Below are positions 19,201 to 29,286 of a stretch of DNA of 64,000 nt, one piece after another. The stretch is from a virus. The notes under the pieces were generated by a model. The model was not told where the DNA came from. It did not search any database and was given only the letters and a program-made list of their open reading frames with translations. The translations under genes were made by a program, and so were the position numbers. Position 1 is the first letter of the stretch. Each line of letters begins with the position of its first letter. The DNA lies in IMG/VR virus record IMGVR_UViG_2509601035_000003. One strand, 5' to 3'.

Positions 19201-21138
19201 CTATTGGACTTTTGCACAGCGAACCTGACATGCCCAACTCCTCTTTGTATCAATATTCCATATAGTTTCGGTTCGATCTGTCAATTCCCATCGTTCCCCC
19301 ATTCCTTGAGTAGCTCCGGGATGGCTTACCCAAAGAGGACTATTTGTTGCATATCTTCTTATCTCACCAGACCACCAGATAGCACGAGCACCTTGAGTAT
19401 ACCAAGCCCCAACAGTATCACCTTCGTATTTCGGACAATGCCAACCATATATCCAACTGCCAATTACCAACAAATCGTGCAATGAATTAGGCTTAATAAA
19501 ACCAGTCCAAGTTTTATTATTCGGAACCCGATAACCTTCGGGACAAGGATCATATACGCTCTTTTCGCCAGACCAACCATAAGTTGTCAACTCTCTACCG
19601 TTGGGATCTCCCCATAGAGCATCATCATTACCAAACCAATCGTCCGCTTCAATAAATTGTGTGGGATTTTTTATCGCATCTTCGAAAGTGACGGCATCTT
19701 TCTGCATTCCCCTGAATGTACTGAAGAAAAGGCCAGTTTTCCCATCACCATACCTGTAGTCGTTGTTTGGCCACAAGGGGTCTTTACGGCCCCATTGGTA
19801 TATCGCGCCACCATATCCCACAGATGCCGCGTTATCACTTCTAGCACCTAAATTGCAGTGCATAATCTGGAATTTTTCACCTGAAGCATTTGTATATTCT
19901 TCATCCTTGATAGTACTTTGAGGATGCCAGATATGCCAACTCCAAAGAATTTCACCACTAACATCCACAATGGCCACCCCAATATTTCCCCCGGTGTTAG
20001 GATACCATTCATCAACCCTTACGGTCAATTTATTATTATCGAGTGTCAATACAGGGTCAGATTTTGCATCAGAATAAAGAAGCTTTGCCGATATGCCTTT
20101 ATACTCGTCCCCGGCATAAATCCCTGTATAGGCATAATTTAATTCTTTAGATGTTCTATAAGGGGTGACGTCAAATGTCACCGGAGTATCAATATATACG
20201 ATACAATTTGCTGTCCCATAATACAATCCGTCATACACCCTGACCCGATTGTCAATTTCATTTTCCCCTTTGATAACAAGGTTCATCGTATGCTTCGTAT
20301 TTCTCCGCACATCGAAGTTCGAAGTACTGTTTTCACCGAGATAGACAGTATACTCCAATACCTTATCCGCACCTTCAGCCACAATACGCATATACGTCGC
20401 ACACACGGGAGCATTCTCTGGCGATTTGTCTCTGGGATCTGTTATACTCTCCACCTCACCCTGACAATTCTCAAGCATATAAAACACCTCGGAATATGTC
20501 TTATCATTGTCGATATTGACTACATCGGCGTCGTAGTATTCCCCCTTATCAGTCGAAGAGGGATTCGCTCCGAACAACACTGTTGAACGCGGCACATTAC
20601 AGAATTGAACTGAACGCAACTTAATATTTTCCGACACTGCGGCATCGACGGAGATCGTGTAGGCGATCTTTGCCGCGGCCCGAGTCACCTCCAGCGTTGG
20701 AAGCGTCATGGCCCCAAGAATACTGACATTCATACTTGCCGTCATGGGAATATCATCGACCATGCCGTCAACAGAATATTTATATCGTATAAGTTCTGAT
20801 TCTGTCATTCCTCCCATATCCTTGTGAACATTCGTCACAACGCAAAGGGTATAGGTTCCGGGGAGGATTTCGAATACGAACGACGGGGCGTATTCCGGAT
20901 AGTAAAAGTGGTAATTGATATTATTGCCGAAAAAATAGATATTAATGTCATTAATCGCATCTTCATCGATGGCACGGGTATCCATTTGTTCAGATTTAAG
21001 TTTCAGCTCTACCTGAACAGGAGTGTCTTCCGTTGCAGGCGGTGTGGGGGAAGCCGGAAGATCTCCCTCGGTACATGATGCAAGCATCACGGCTGCACTT
21101 ACAGAGGCCGTAAGCATCAGTTTCAGCATCTTTTTCAT
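19201..21138 (-). CDS. Type V fimbrial/adhesin lipoprotein (DUF4906/fimbrillin-like with a C-terminal lectin-like domain)
   Basis: LASC lipobox, DTRA cleavage motif, FYMLENCQG, WSWHIW, YQWGRKDP, DPCPEGYRVP, terminal QVRCAK. Confidence 0.8.
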   Translation of the reverse strand: MKKMLKLMLTASVSAAVMLASCTEGDLPASPTPPATEDTPVQVELKLKSEQMDTRAIDEDAINDINIYFFGNNINYHFYYPEYAPSFVFEILPGTYTLCVVTNVHKDMGGMTESELIRYKYSVDGMVDDIPMTASMNVSILGAMTLPTLEVTRAAAKIAYTISVDAAVSENIKLRSVQFCNVPRSTVLFGANPSSTDKGEYYDADVVNIDNDKTYSEVFYMLENCQGEVESITDPRDKSPENAPVCATYMRIVAEGADKVLEYTVYLGENSTSNFDVRRNTKHTMNLVIKGENEIDNRVRVYDGLYYGTANCIVYIDTPVTFDVTPYRTSKELNYAYTGIYAGDEYKGISAKLLYSDAKSDPVLTLDNNKLTVRVDEWYPNTGGNIGVAIVDVSGEILWSWHIWHPQSTIKDEEYTNASGEKFQIMHCNLGARSDNAASVGYGGAIYQWGRKDPLWPNNDYRYGDGKTGLFFSTFRGMQKDAVTFEDAIKNPTQFIEADDWFGNDDALWGDPNGRELTTYGWSGEKSVYDPCPEGYRVPNNKTWTGFIKPNSLHDLLVIGSWIYGWHCPKYEGDTVGAWYTQGARAIWWSGEIRRYATNSPLWVSHPGATQGMGERWELTDRTETIWNIDTKRSWACQVRCAKVQ

Positions 21139-21186
21139 AATAGTGGAAATGAGTTTTTACGCAAGTTTTTATTTGGTTAACAACAA

Positions 21187-21780
21187 TTAATCTTCTTTAT
21201 TGCCGGTTACAAAGCCAATCGGCTGACGCGACTTCTTGGCTTCCGGTAGTTTCACAGACAAGGCCCCAATGGCCTCATAAATCGCATCGATGTCTTTTCG
21301 CATGTCCTCACTCAGATCATTCACAGCCTCCAGATTCTCCCGGCAGTCATGCTCCACCAGCTGCAACCGGCTACGCAACTCCAGCAACTCGGCCGAAACT
21401 TGGGTAGATTGCAAAATATAGTTGCGCATTGCTACAAAAGCTCGCATAATGGTAATGCTCGTTTGGATTGCAACTGAACTCCTTAATACGGCCGATAACA
21501 TGGATACACCTTGCTCTGTAAACGCAAAAGGCATATACCGAATACCACCCTTGTTTGAGGTCACAGATTGTGACCTCAAACTGATTTTTAATACGTTATA
21601 CTCGGATTCTGTAATTTCAAACATAAAATCCGAAGGGAATCTTTCGCTGTTGCGGCGTACAGCTTGTTTCAATACTTTTGTCGGAACTTGGTAAAGTTCC
21701 GCTAAGTCGAAATCCAGCATTACCCTCTGGCCGCGAATCTCGTAAATTTTATTCTGTATGATCTGAATATCCATTTTCAT
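21187..21780 (-). CDS. ORF6N-domain DNA-binding protein
   Basis: IYEIRGQRVMLDFDLAELY, RFPSDFMF and AFTEQGVSMLS. Confidence 0.9.
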   Translation of the reverse strand: MKMDIQIIQNKIYEIRGQRVMLDFDLAELYQVPTKVLKQAVRRNSERFPSDFMFEITESEYNVLKISLRSQSVTSNKGGIRYMPFAFTEQGVSMLSAVLRSSVAIQTSITIMRAFVAMRNYILQSTQVSAELLELRSRLQLVEHDCRENLEAVNDLSEDMRKDIDAIYEAIGALSVKLPEAKKSRQPIGFVTGNKED

Positions 21781-21787
21781 TAATATT

Positions 21788-22449
21788 TCACCAATTTCCC
21801 TGATTGGTATATTTTACCAATATTTTTGCATCTGAAGCTATCAGAATATCACTTGAATTTTTTATCATATTATTATACTCGTGGGCTTTATTACTATCAA
21901 TAGTAACCTTGATAATGCCTTTTCTCCGCCTTTCTTCCTTTTTTAAGAGTATAGCGTATTTTGCTGTAATAGGATAATATAAATTGTAAGCCCCTTGTTT
22001 ATTTGGTCTGGCATCTACTATGGGTTGTATTCCTGTTATGAATGGAACATCAGAATCATTTATCAATAATGTAATGTGGTAATCGTCTGGCTTGGTTACC
22101 ATATCATCGACTATCTGCATCGACATAATCATCATCAAAGGATAAATCACATTTTCAGACAAGCCGACGTTTTTAGGAGAGGTTAGTTGGTTGGCTTTTT
22201 TCAATATACCCGGAGTTCGAAAATATTGAGTTCCAAAAAACAACAAAAAATTGACTTTTGATCGTTCTGCCTCCCACCAATCAATTTCCCCAGAACCTAT
22301 TTTTCGTAAAATATCCGCAGCAGTAGCTTCTATCTCTGCATACAATTCTTCTATTAAATTGTTCGCAAGCGTATCTACTATTTTATACGGGGTCTCGGCA
22401 TCTCCAGATGTTTGCGGCCATGTATAGTCTGATACTATTTGCATCAGAC
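21788..22449 (-). pseudogene. DUF4238 gene, 3' part (interrupted by the prophage)
   Basis: QYFRT, PFITGIQPI and YYPIT motifs; joins 57271-57670 in frame. Confidence 0.85.
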
Positions 22450-22496
22450 TATAATCGCGCAAACGAATTGTACACTTTTCACAAACGAAACGTACA
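22450..22496 (+). repeat. Left phage end with two putative transposase-binding sites
   Basis: CAAACGAATTGTACA (22460) and CAAACGAAACGTACA (22482). Confidence 0.8.
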
Positions 22497-22642
22497 AAAA
22501 AACTTTTTTTCGGAGCATTTAAAAAGCGTTTAAGTGGTTTTTAAACATAACTTAAACGCTTGATTTTTATACGAAAAAACCCTGCTTTTTTCTTTGTATT
22601 TCAGAATATTATTTGTATATCGAAATATGTTGAATAAAAGTG

Positions 22643-23401
22643 TCATGCTGCGACCTTGTCGAGCAGTTCAACGATATTCTGTTTTATCTTCATTGTGTCG
22701 CGCTTCCATTCGGTCAGAGTAAAACCTTTCTCGTATTGCGGATATGGTTTTTCTTTTCCACAATACCGGAAATGCTTGCAGAGAGGATAAATATAGCGAT
22801 ACGTCTTTACGACCAGCACTTCAAAATCACCCAGCAGATAGGCCATGTTTGCACGTAAATATGCCGATGCCGATGTTGTGTTCGTCAATATCTGCTCATG
22901 CGTAATCTCTCCCGTCCTGCGGTTCCGCAGGAACTTCGTGTAATGAAATCCGAAATATCGGAAGTTTGCGGCTTTGTAGATCGTTCCGCACCCTAATCGA
23001 CCATCGGCGAACGATTGAATCGCCACGACATCGGAGTCAATCTTGCGCAGCAGTTTGATAGATGCGGCAATAAGCACGCTTTCGGCGTTGTGTCCAAGCG
23101 TGTCGTCAATCCACATTCGGTTAAGTTCGCACATCCAAGCCCGCGGATTCGGATGCGTGAATATCTTCGCTCGCGGGTTTTTCATATACCCGTAAACAGC
23201 GACGCCCAAACATTTATCCGGTTCTTCGGCCCGAAATATCCCGAAGTTATATTTGCCGAACCCGCCCTCGTTCCACTTATGGGAGTAGTGGTTCTTCACA
23301 ATCAGGTCCTTTGCTTCGGCCTTCGGCACTAATTTGATAATCAAACTTCCCAACGCGGAAGTATTTTTGAGGACTTGCAGCTCCTCGGTGTTGCTATTCA
23401 T
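22643..23401 (-). CDS. mom: Mom-family adenine modification protein
   Basis: IVKNHYSHK, GVAVYG, ELNRMW, ESVLIAASIKLL, QSFAD and GTIYKAANF; terminal position as in Mu. Confidence 0.85.
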   Translation of the reverse strand: MNSNTEELQVLKNTSALGSLIIKLVPKAEAKDLIVKNHYSHKWNEGGFGKYNFGIFRAEEPDKCLGVAVYGYMKNPRAKIFTHPNPRAWMCELNRMWIDDTLGHNAESVLIAASIKLLRKIDSDVVAIQSFADGRLGCGTIYKAANFRYFGFHYTKFLRNRRTGEITHEQILTNTTSASAYLRANMAYLLGDFEVLVVKTYRYIYPLCKHFRYCGKEKPYPQYEKGFTLTEWKRDTMKIKQNIVELLDKVAA

Positions 23402-23425
23402 TCAACGATTTTATACCTTTGTGAC

Positions 23426-23558
23426 CTCACCACGTACTAAAAACGCCGTAGCACATCCGAAGGCTTTAGCCCTCGGTGGATGTGTTACGGCGCATTCGTT
23501 CTGCTGTACGTGGTGAGATACTACAACAGACCGGGGGCTTTTTCATGCCCCTATTTTT
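23426..23558 (+). ncRNA. Putative structured antisense RNA in the mom leader
   Basis: TACCTTTG promoter at 23414-23421; 12-bp and 15-bp stems; G-U pairs favour the + strand. Confidence 0.55.
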
Positions 23559-23565
23559 CATGTTT

Positions 23566-24152
23566 CTATTTCCATCGGCCTATTGCGAACCAGTATATGG
23601 GTTCTCCTGCCGGATGTGCTCCTGCGCTCTCGGCATAACTTTTTCGGGCTATGAAATATGATGCGGTTTTGCTGTTTACGGAAGCGGATGCAACGCCCGT
23701 TTTTGCACCGAAAGCCACCGTCGTGATTACACAATAAGGCACTGCGTAAAAGGTTATCGGGAAATAAACGGTTATGGTTCCCGTTGAGTCGCCCCCGGTG
23801 TTATACCCCCATTGCAGCAGTATCCCGTCGGGTGCTTTGTAATAACCATTGGTTGAAAACGACTTTTCCAGCGAAACGTTCGCAAGGTCCTTCGCAGCCT
23901 TATTATTCCACATTGATTTTTCGGTGTCGGACACGAATAGGTGCCCGCCGTCCTGCTCTACTCGTTCGGCGGGAATATTGCCCTCAAAATCCCCCCCCCG
24001 GCATACGGGAGGGCATTCCATGCCTTCACGCCGTCCCCGATCTTATGACGGCTTGTATCGGACTCGTAGACGACTTCTCCGGCGAATAGTACAGGATTCG
24101 TCGCAGCCAGCGCGGCTGCCGTGTACATCGGGTGTTGTATACGTCCTTTCAT
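23566..24152 (-). CDS. Second tail-fibre protein, out of frame at a G9 tract (23991-23999)
   Basis: N-terminus MKGRIQHPMYTAAAL in one frame; C-terminal GYYKAPDG...AIGRWK in the -1 frame. Confidence 0.75.
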
Positions 24153-24481
24153 TATCCTATCAGTTTTTTCACCTGCAATTTGCATTGCTCGGCGTATTCA
24201 AAATATGCAGCGAACTCGTCCGGCTTCGTGTCCCGCTGGCGAAGTATCGCCAGCTCGTCGGCGATTGAGTACCGCTCCCAGATCAGCGATTGCACCTGCT
24301 GTTCGTAAGTCGGTGCCGGAGTATCATCGACGCACTCCGTCAGGATGGGGACCCCCTGCTCATTCTCGGTAATCATCATGCCCGCGGCCTGCCCGTCGAG
24401 TAGTTCATGCCACCGTTCCTCGGTGATCTCCACGGCCCCGTCGATGGGGGCGTCATAAAATCCTTGCTTCCAGTATTTCAT
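24152..24481 (-). CDS. Tail-fibre assembly-like protein
   Basis: GFYD...AVEITEERWHELLDGQAAG motif; start MKYWK. Confidence 0.75.
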   Translation of the reverse strand: MKYWKQGFYDAPIDGAVEITEERWHELLDGQAAGMMITENEQGVPILTECVDDTPAPTYEQQVQSLIWERYSIADELAILRQRDTKPDEFAAYFEYAEQCKLQVKKLIG

Positions 24482-24495
24482 AATCTTTCGTGTTT

Positions 24496-25407
24496 CTATT
24501 TCCAGCGGCCGATTGCCAAATATTGAAAGGTACAACCCGAATTACCATATTCGGCTTGGCCATTCGATAGCCGTTTGATGTACCTCGGTCGCATTGTAAA
24601 ATAGGATGCCGATACCGGGTCGGCCGCAGCTACTTCAACGGCTGCGTCTCCGAAGGCAGTAGGCGTGGTAATGATAGCGTAGGGTCTCGCGTAAAACGAT
24701 GCCGGAAAATACACGGTAATAGAGGTTGTCTGATTGCAGCGGGTTCCCCATGCAAACATCATCCCGTCAGGAGCTTTATAATAGCCTTCTGCATTGAGTG
24801 ATTTTAACAGACTGACATTATCCAGATTGCTGTTCGCCTTTGCGTTCCACGTCGTCTTTTCGCTATAACTCGCAAACTGATATAACGTATTGGTGGAAAT
24901 ATACGAAGCCGGAATCGCCGTTAAACTTATAAAGCTGCAGGCGTATGAAACAACCGCGGCAATCTCCTCATCTGTACTTTCGAATATTCCGGCCGGAAAC
25001 TCCGAATCATCCACCGAGCCGAAAGCGATGGCATTATTTTCTGCTACAAACCCGAAAACCCCAACGGTCGTGGTGCCCTCTATGTACCACACCATACATT
25101 GCAGCCCTCCGAAGCGCACCATGCGGACCTTGCCGATAGCCGTTGCCGCAATGACCTTTTGAAGCACATCGTTAATCGGGGCACTCGTTCCTAAGAAATC
25201 TGCCACAGAATCAGCCCCGGCAACGGGAGTCATTTTCGGCAGATCACCGCCCGCATCGTATGCGAGATCATTCCATTTACTTATCCCGTCGCCGACCTTG
25301 CGCTTTCGAGTGTCGGATTCGTACACAACCTCACCTTTGAGCAGGAGAGGATTTGCGGCGGCCAACGCCGCCGCGGTGTACATCGGGAGTTGCAATCTTC
25401 CTTTCAT
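24496..25407 (-). CDS. Tail-fibre protein (Mtd/hyaluronidase-like N-terminus, gp53-like C-terminus)
   Basis: NPLLLKGEVVYESDT...KVGDG; GYYKAPDGMMFAWG...YLAIGRWK. Confidence 0.8.
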   Translation of the reverse strand: MKGRLQLPMYTAAALAAANPLLLKGEVVYESDTRKRKVGDGISKWNDLAYDAGGDLPKMTPVAGADSVADFLGTSAPINDVLQKVIAATAIGKVRMVRFGGLQCMVWYIEGTTTVGVFGFVAENNAIAFGSVDDSEFPAGIFESTDEEIAAVVSYACSFISLTAIPASYISTNTLYQFASYSEKTTWNAKANSNLDNVSLLKSLNAEGYYKAPDGMMFAWGTRCNQTTSITVYFPASFYARPYAIITTPTAFGDAAVEVAAADPVSASYFTMRPRYIKRLSNGQAEYGNSGCTFQYLAIGRWK

Positions 25408-25422
25408 CGTGGTTGTTTACGG

Positions 25423-26349
25423 TTAGGACATTCCGGGAATGGTGCATTGAATAACGAGCGTGCTGGCCTTGAATTCGTCCAGCGCGGATTTCGCGGCGGC
25501 GGTTCCGGCCCCCTTCGCATCGTAAACAGCGTCAAAGTCGGTTTTCAGCCGATTTTTCAGCGCGTCGTATTTGAGCTGAATGACATTCGACGCCGACACC
25601 TCGATATAAGTGCCGTCGCCCTTGTAGACATCCACGAGGTCCTGCACGGGCAGATATTGCGGGGTGTTGTTGTTTTGGAACAGGAACTCGACGTACTTGT
25701 CGCCGACCTTCGCCCCGGTATAGGGTGTGTTCGCCGTCGTAACGGTCTTGATCGACGAACCGCGCAGCACTTGATCGAGCGGGATGTTAATCGACACGCC
25801 GACCTTGTTCCCGCCCTTCTTCAAATGATAGGTCGATGCGAAACCGCTCTCGGTGGCCACCTTCTCGATGGTGTATTCGAGGTTCCACTTGGCCTTTTCC
25901 GCGTCCGTTGCGAAACGGTGCGTGGCATCCTCGGCAATCATCGAAGCTGCATGGGTTGCCGGATGCTGGTAGTTGTTCGCACCTGCGGCGATGCCATCGA
26001 GCTTTGTCTTGTCGGCCGCCGACATCAGACCGTCGGCCGCATGCGTGGCGGGCGTTTTCTCGGCTTTGTTGTTCCAGCCCGCGATTTGGGTATCCGTGAC
26101 AAGGCGGTGTGTGGCGTCGGCCGCGAGCTGCGCAAGCGTGGTCGGCTGTCCCCAACTGAGCGCCGACCAAGTTTTCGTGCCGTCGCCGACCTTGAATTTC
26201 ACGGGGGACGTGCCCTCCACAAATCCGACTTCACCTTTGAGAAGAACGGGGTTCGCCGTGGTCCATTCGGCCTCGGTTCCGGTTGTGTGTGCGATGCGAG
26301 CCGCCAGCAGAACTTGCTCCAACGCCGCCAATGCTTGATTGTCTTCCAT
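25423..26349 (-). CDS. Tail-fibre-related protein
   Basis: WTTANPVLLKGEVG...FKVGDG; GLMSAADKTKLDGIAAGANNY. Confidence 0.75.
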   Translation of the reverse strand: MEDNQALAALEQVLLAARIAHTTGTEAEWTTANPVLLKGEVGFVEGTSPVKFKVGDGTKTWSALSWGQPTTLAQLAADATHRLVTDTQIAGWNNKAEKTPATHAADGLMSAADKTKLDGIAAGANNYQHPATHAASMIAEDATHRFATDAEKAKWNLEYTIEKVATESGFASTYHLKKGGNKVGVSINIPLDQVLRGSSIKTVTTANTPYTGAKVGDKYVEFLFQNNNTPQYLPVQDLVDVYKGDGTYIEVSASNVIQLKYDALKNRLKTDFDAVYDAKGAGTAAAKSALDEFKASTLVIQCTIPGMS

Positions 26350-26361
26350 TGTATTTTGTAT

Positions 26362-26736
26362 TTATTTGTTGCCTATCAAATCCGCCGGGGACCCTCCTTG
26401 AAGGGTTACGCGGGTAGTTCGCTGCACGCAGTCGTTCTCAACGACCGACCGCAGGTTATCCAGTTGTTCGCGGAGTTGATCGATGGCCTCGTCCGACTCC
26501 TTTTTGTGTTGCGCGAGGTCGCTCGCGGTCTGTTCGACGGTTTCTTTGAGTTTCTGACCATCGGCCGCGGATAATTTGCTGTTGAGTTGATCGGCAAGGC
26601 CATCGACGCCATTAATGGCGATCTTGTCCTCGTTCTTGTGCCAAAAGCTATCCCAAGCGTCCGAGAACTGTGCGGCCGTGGGATATTTCCCTTTTCCGAA
26701 CCATTTGCGGAGTTGTGCCCGTGTGATAATTGCCAT
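26362..26736 (-). CDS. Tail-associated coiled-coil protein
   Basis: LRKWFGKGKYPTAAQFSDAWDSFWHK motif. Confidence 0.7.
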   Translation of the reverse strand: MAIITRAQLRKWFGKGKYPTAAQFSDAWDSFWHKNEDKIAINGVDGLADQLNSKLSAADGQKLKETVEQTASDLAQHKKESDEAIDQLREQLDNLRSVVENDCVQRTTRVTLQGGSPADLIGNK

Positions 26737-26747
26737 TGCTCCTTGTG

Positions 26748-27671
26748 TTATTTCGTTCGCATGATGTACGCCAGCGCATAATACGGCGGGCGGTTCTCGT
26801 GGGGCTTGTTCCCGCCCGTCATATAAGTGCGGCCGTCGCCCTCGTTGAGCGCATTCGCCGAGCCGCCGCCCGTGAAACGTTTTCCCGCGTGTTGCAGGAA
26901 CAGCCCGTGATCGTGCGCGGGGAGTTCCTCCACGGTGAGCTGGTGGGTTTTCTTGCCGCCGACCGCACCGAGGGTTTTGTAGTCCTCGTCGCTGCCGTAA
27001 TGGCCGACCACAAAGCGCCCCCGGAGATCAGGTAGACGAAAGAAGCCCGCCGAGGTCGTGAGCTGGCGGCCGTTGCAGTCGTAGCCGTTGTTGAACGCCG
27101 CACCGATGGCGGCGAACAGTTCCGGGTACTCCGTCTGCCGGAGCTGCTGCCCCTCGCAGAGCAGATACCCGTCGGGAACCCCGCGCCCGGCCCACATTTC
27201 GACCATGCCCAGCGGCGACGGCTTCATGTCGGCGAGAGCCTTGCGCAGGGCGGCCAGCTCCGCGTCGAGCGCGGGCAGCGATTGGGCCTCGCGGAAATCT
27301 TCCCAGCGGTAGTTTTCCTCGCCGACGCCGGGCGCGAGCGACCGCCTCACGTATGCCTGCGGATAGTCGTAGCCCTGCGCCTGCACGGAGATCACCTCCT
27401 GCTTGAGGTACATGCCGCTGCCGATTGCGCCGCCTTCCCAATACAGCACCTCCCCTTCGGGGTGCTCTCGCGTGTGCAGGAATACGTAACCTTCGGCCCG
27501 GCGGGCTCCGTTATCCATTGGGTCGCATCCGAGCAGCACGGCCTTGTTTCCGGCGATGTTGCCGATAATCGACACGACGTGCGCGTTGGTTTGCAGGTAG
27601 TCGAGCATTTCGCAGTCGGCGGGAAAGTCCTTGTTCGGCTGCAAGAGGTATCTTCCGTGTATCTGTTTCAT
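26748..27671 (-). CDS. Tail-collar domain protein
   Basis: PDGYLLCEGQ...YPELFAAIG, FRLPDLRGRF and HENRPPYYALAYIM. Confidence 0.88.
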   Translation of the reverse strand: MKQIHGRYLLQPNKDFPADCEMLDYLQTNAHVVSIIGNIAGNKAVLLGCDPMDNGARRAEGYVFLHTREHPEGEVLYWEGGAIGSGMYLKQEVISVQAQGYDYPQAYVRRSLAPGVGEENYRWEDFREAQSLPALDAELAALRKALADMKPSPLGMVEMWAGRGVPDGYLLCEGQQLRQTEYPELFAAIGAAFNNGYDCNGRQLTTSAGFFRLPDLRGRFVVGHYGSDEDYKTLGAVGGKKTHQLTVEELPAHDHGLFLQHAGKRFTGGGSANALNEGDGRTYMTGGNKPHENRPPYYALAYIMRTK

Positions 27672-27672
27672 T

Positions 27673-28164
27673 TCAAATGAAGTTTATCGAAAATCGTTTT
27701 GATGCCAATTTGTAGGTGTTCACAACCCCCGTCACTTGGGCGAGGTCTACTTTGCCGTACAACGCGACGGGCAGGTTCACCCAGAAGTCGTAGCCGTTCA
27801 CGCCGCCATAACCTCGGCGGTTCAGTATCACGGCCCGGCCGGAACCGCGGGCCGGAAGCCGAACGCTTTGGTCGGTGTCCCGGTGGTGCAGGATGATATA
27901 TCCGACGTTCTCGGCATTGTCCGTGATCGTGATACGGCGGTCGATGGGGTCGAACATATCGTTCAGCACAGCCCGCAGATGACACACCTGACCGTTTTCC
28001 TGAACCCGGTACTCGGCATCGTGTTTCCACAACACGAATTGCGTGTGCAGCCATTGCAGGGGCGACACCGCGGCATAGGCCAGCGCCGCGAATCCCGGCT
28101 TGCGCCAAAAGGTCGGCAGCAGGAGCAGAGCCAGCCGTTTCACGTTGATGTCGTACTTACCCAT
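27673..28164 (-). CDS. Baseplate wedge protein
   Basis: Position; GQVCHLRAVLNDMFD. Confidence 0.65.
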   Translation of the reverse strand: MGKYDINVKRLALLLLPTFWRKPGFAALAYAAVSPLQWLHTQFVLWKHDAEYRVQENGQVCHLRAVLNDMFDPIDRRITITDNAENVGYIILHHRDTDQSVRLPARGSGRAVILNRRGYGGVNGYDFWVNLPVALYGKVDLAQVTGVVNTYKLASKRFSINFI

Positions 28165-28996
28165 TGTAGACCTTCATGTTCAGTTTGATATCGCCCATCT
28201 CGAAATATCCCGCCGCCGGAACACACCGGGCGTCAATCGCAGTAACCACGCTTTCACCTGCGGCAACGGTGGTTGCACTCCGGAGTTCGGGTATTCTCAC
28301 GCCGTCGATCTTCTGCAACTGATCCACGAGTGCCATGTTGGTATATTCGCCGTTGAAGGGCAGGTTTTCGATGTAGTTCTGTATCGCCTCGCGGCAGGTA
28401 CTCTCGACCGCCGAGGCGAGCAGTATCGGGTCGAAATAAATGTCCAGCTCGCAGTTGAAGCGGTCGGGGGCGATGTTTACCAGCGCCGTCCGCACCCCGG
28501 CGTCCTTGATCTCGGCGATGTAGGCTTTGAGTTGGCTCTCGGTCTCCGCGTCGAGCGGACAACGGCGGCCGCCCTTTTCGCCCGCAACCTTAATCGTCAA
28601 CAGCGAGGCGTCGTCGCTCTCGTCGGCGACGGCATGCTTGACGACCCGCGCGGCCGTGATCTCCTCGTCGGTCATGTCCGCCGTGTCGTACTCGTCCGTG
28701 TCGGGGATCAGCGTCCGGTCCTTCATATAGGCCAGCACCATATCCCGGTACCACTTCGGGCGGTGCGGTTTCATTTTGTCGATACTGGCGTTCACCTCGC
28801 TGCGGAACGCTTCGAATATGTTCTCCAACGTCCACGCTGCGACTGCAAAGAGGTAGAACAGCACGCTCTCGACGGAGAGTTTCCCGAAGAAGGCCGCGAA
28901 GCTGTCCCCGGCCGTAAAGCCGTATAGTTTCGCCGCCGTTTCGTTGCGCATGAAGTCCGCCTCGATGGACTCCTTTATTTCCGCTATTGTTCTCAT
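28157..28996 (-). CDS. Baseplate J-like protein
   Basis: Position; YIAEIKDAGV, LPFNG and LQKIDGV. Confidence 0.7.
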   Translation of the reverse strand: MRTIAEIKESIEADFMRNETAAKLYGFTAGDSFAAFFGKLSVESVLFYLFAVAAWTLENIFEAFRSEVNASIDKMKPHRPKWYRDMVLAYMKDRTLIPDTDEYDTADMTDEEITAARVVKHAVADESDDASLLTIKVAGEKGGRRCPLDAETESQLKAYIAEIKDAGVRTALVNIAPDRFNCELDIYFDPILLASAVESTCREAIQNYIENLPFNGEYTNMALVDQLQKIDGVRIPELRSATTVAAGESVVTAIDARCVPAAGYFEMGDIKLNMKVYNG

Positions 28997-29286
28997 CGCA
29001 CCATAAAATCAACTTCAATTCCCATGTAACCGATGCCGCCGAAGGGAGCGGCTTCGATTTCTTCGTCCGACAATTCCGTCGCCGGGCGTATCTGCCGGGC
29101 CGTATATCTTTCCAGCACCATCTTGTCGGCCACGGGTGCAGTTTCGAGCTGCGCTCCTGCTTCCAGCGGTTCCGAGACACTCACGTCGTTTGCCGCCGCG
29201 AGGTCGAAGGCCGCCTCGACGCCGCCGCTGGTCTGTACCGCGATGTCCAAGAGGCTCTGCCTATCCGATGGTGCTATTTTCGCCAT
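28993..29286 (-). CDS. LysM-like baseplate protein
   Basis: QSLLDIAVQTSGGVEAAFDLAAAN; GIGYMGIEVDF. Confidence 0.7.
   Translation of the reverse strand: MAKIAPSDRQSLLDIAVQTSGGVEAAFDLAAANDVSVSEPLEAGAQLETAPVADKMVLERYTARQIRPATELSDEEIEAAPFGGIGYMGIEVDFMVR

Noticed and set aside
19128..19340. DGR target: the fimbrial C-terminus ending VRCAK, followed by a strong hairpin
   Set aside because: No template repeat or reverse transcriptase seen in the window, and the hairpin is explained as a bidirectional terminator. A remote DGR cannot be excluded.
23566..25407. DGR or invertible G-segment acting on the tail fibres
   Set aside because: The copies are in direct orientation and their differences are not adenine-specific; no RT or invertase is present.
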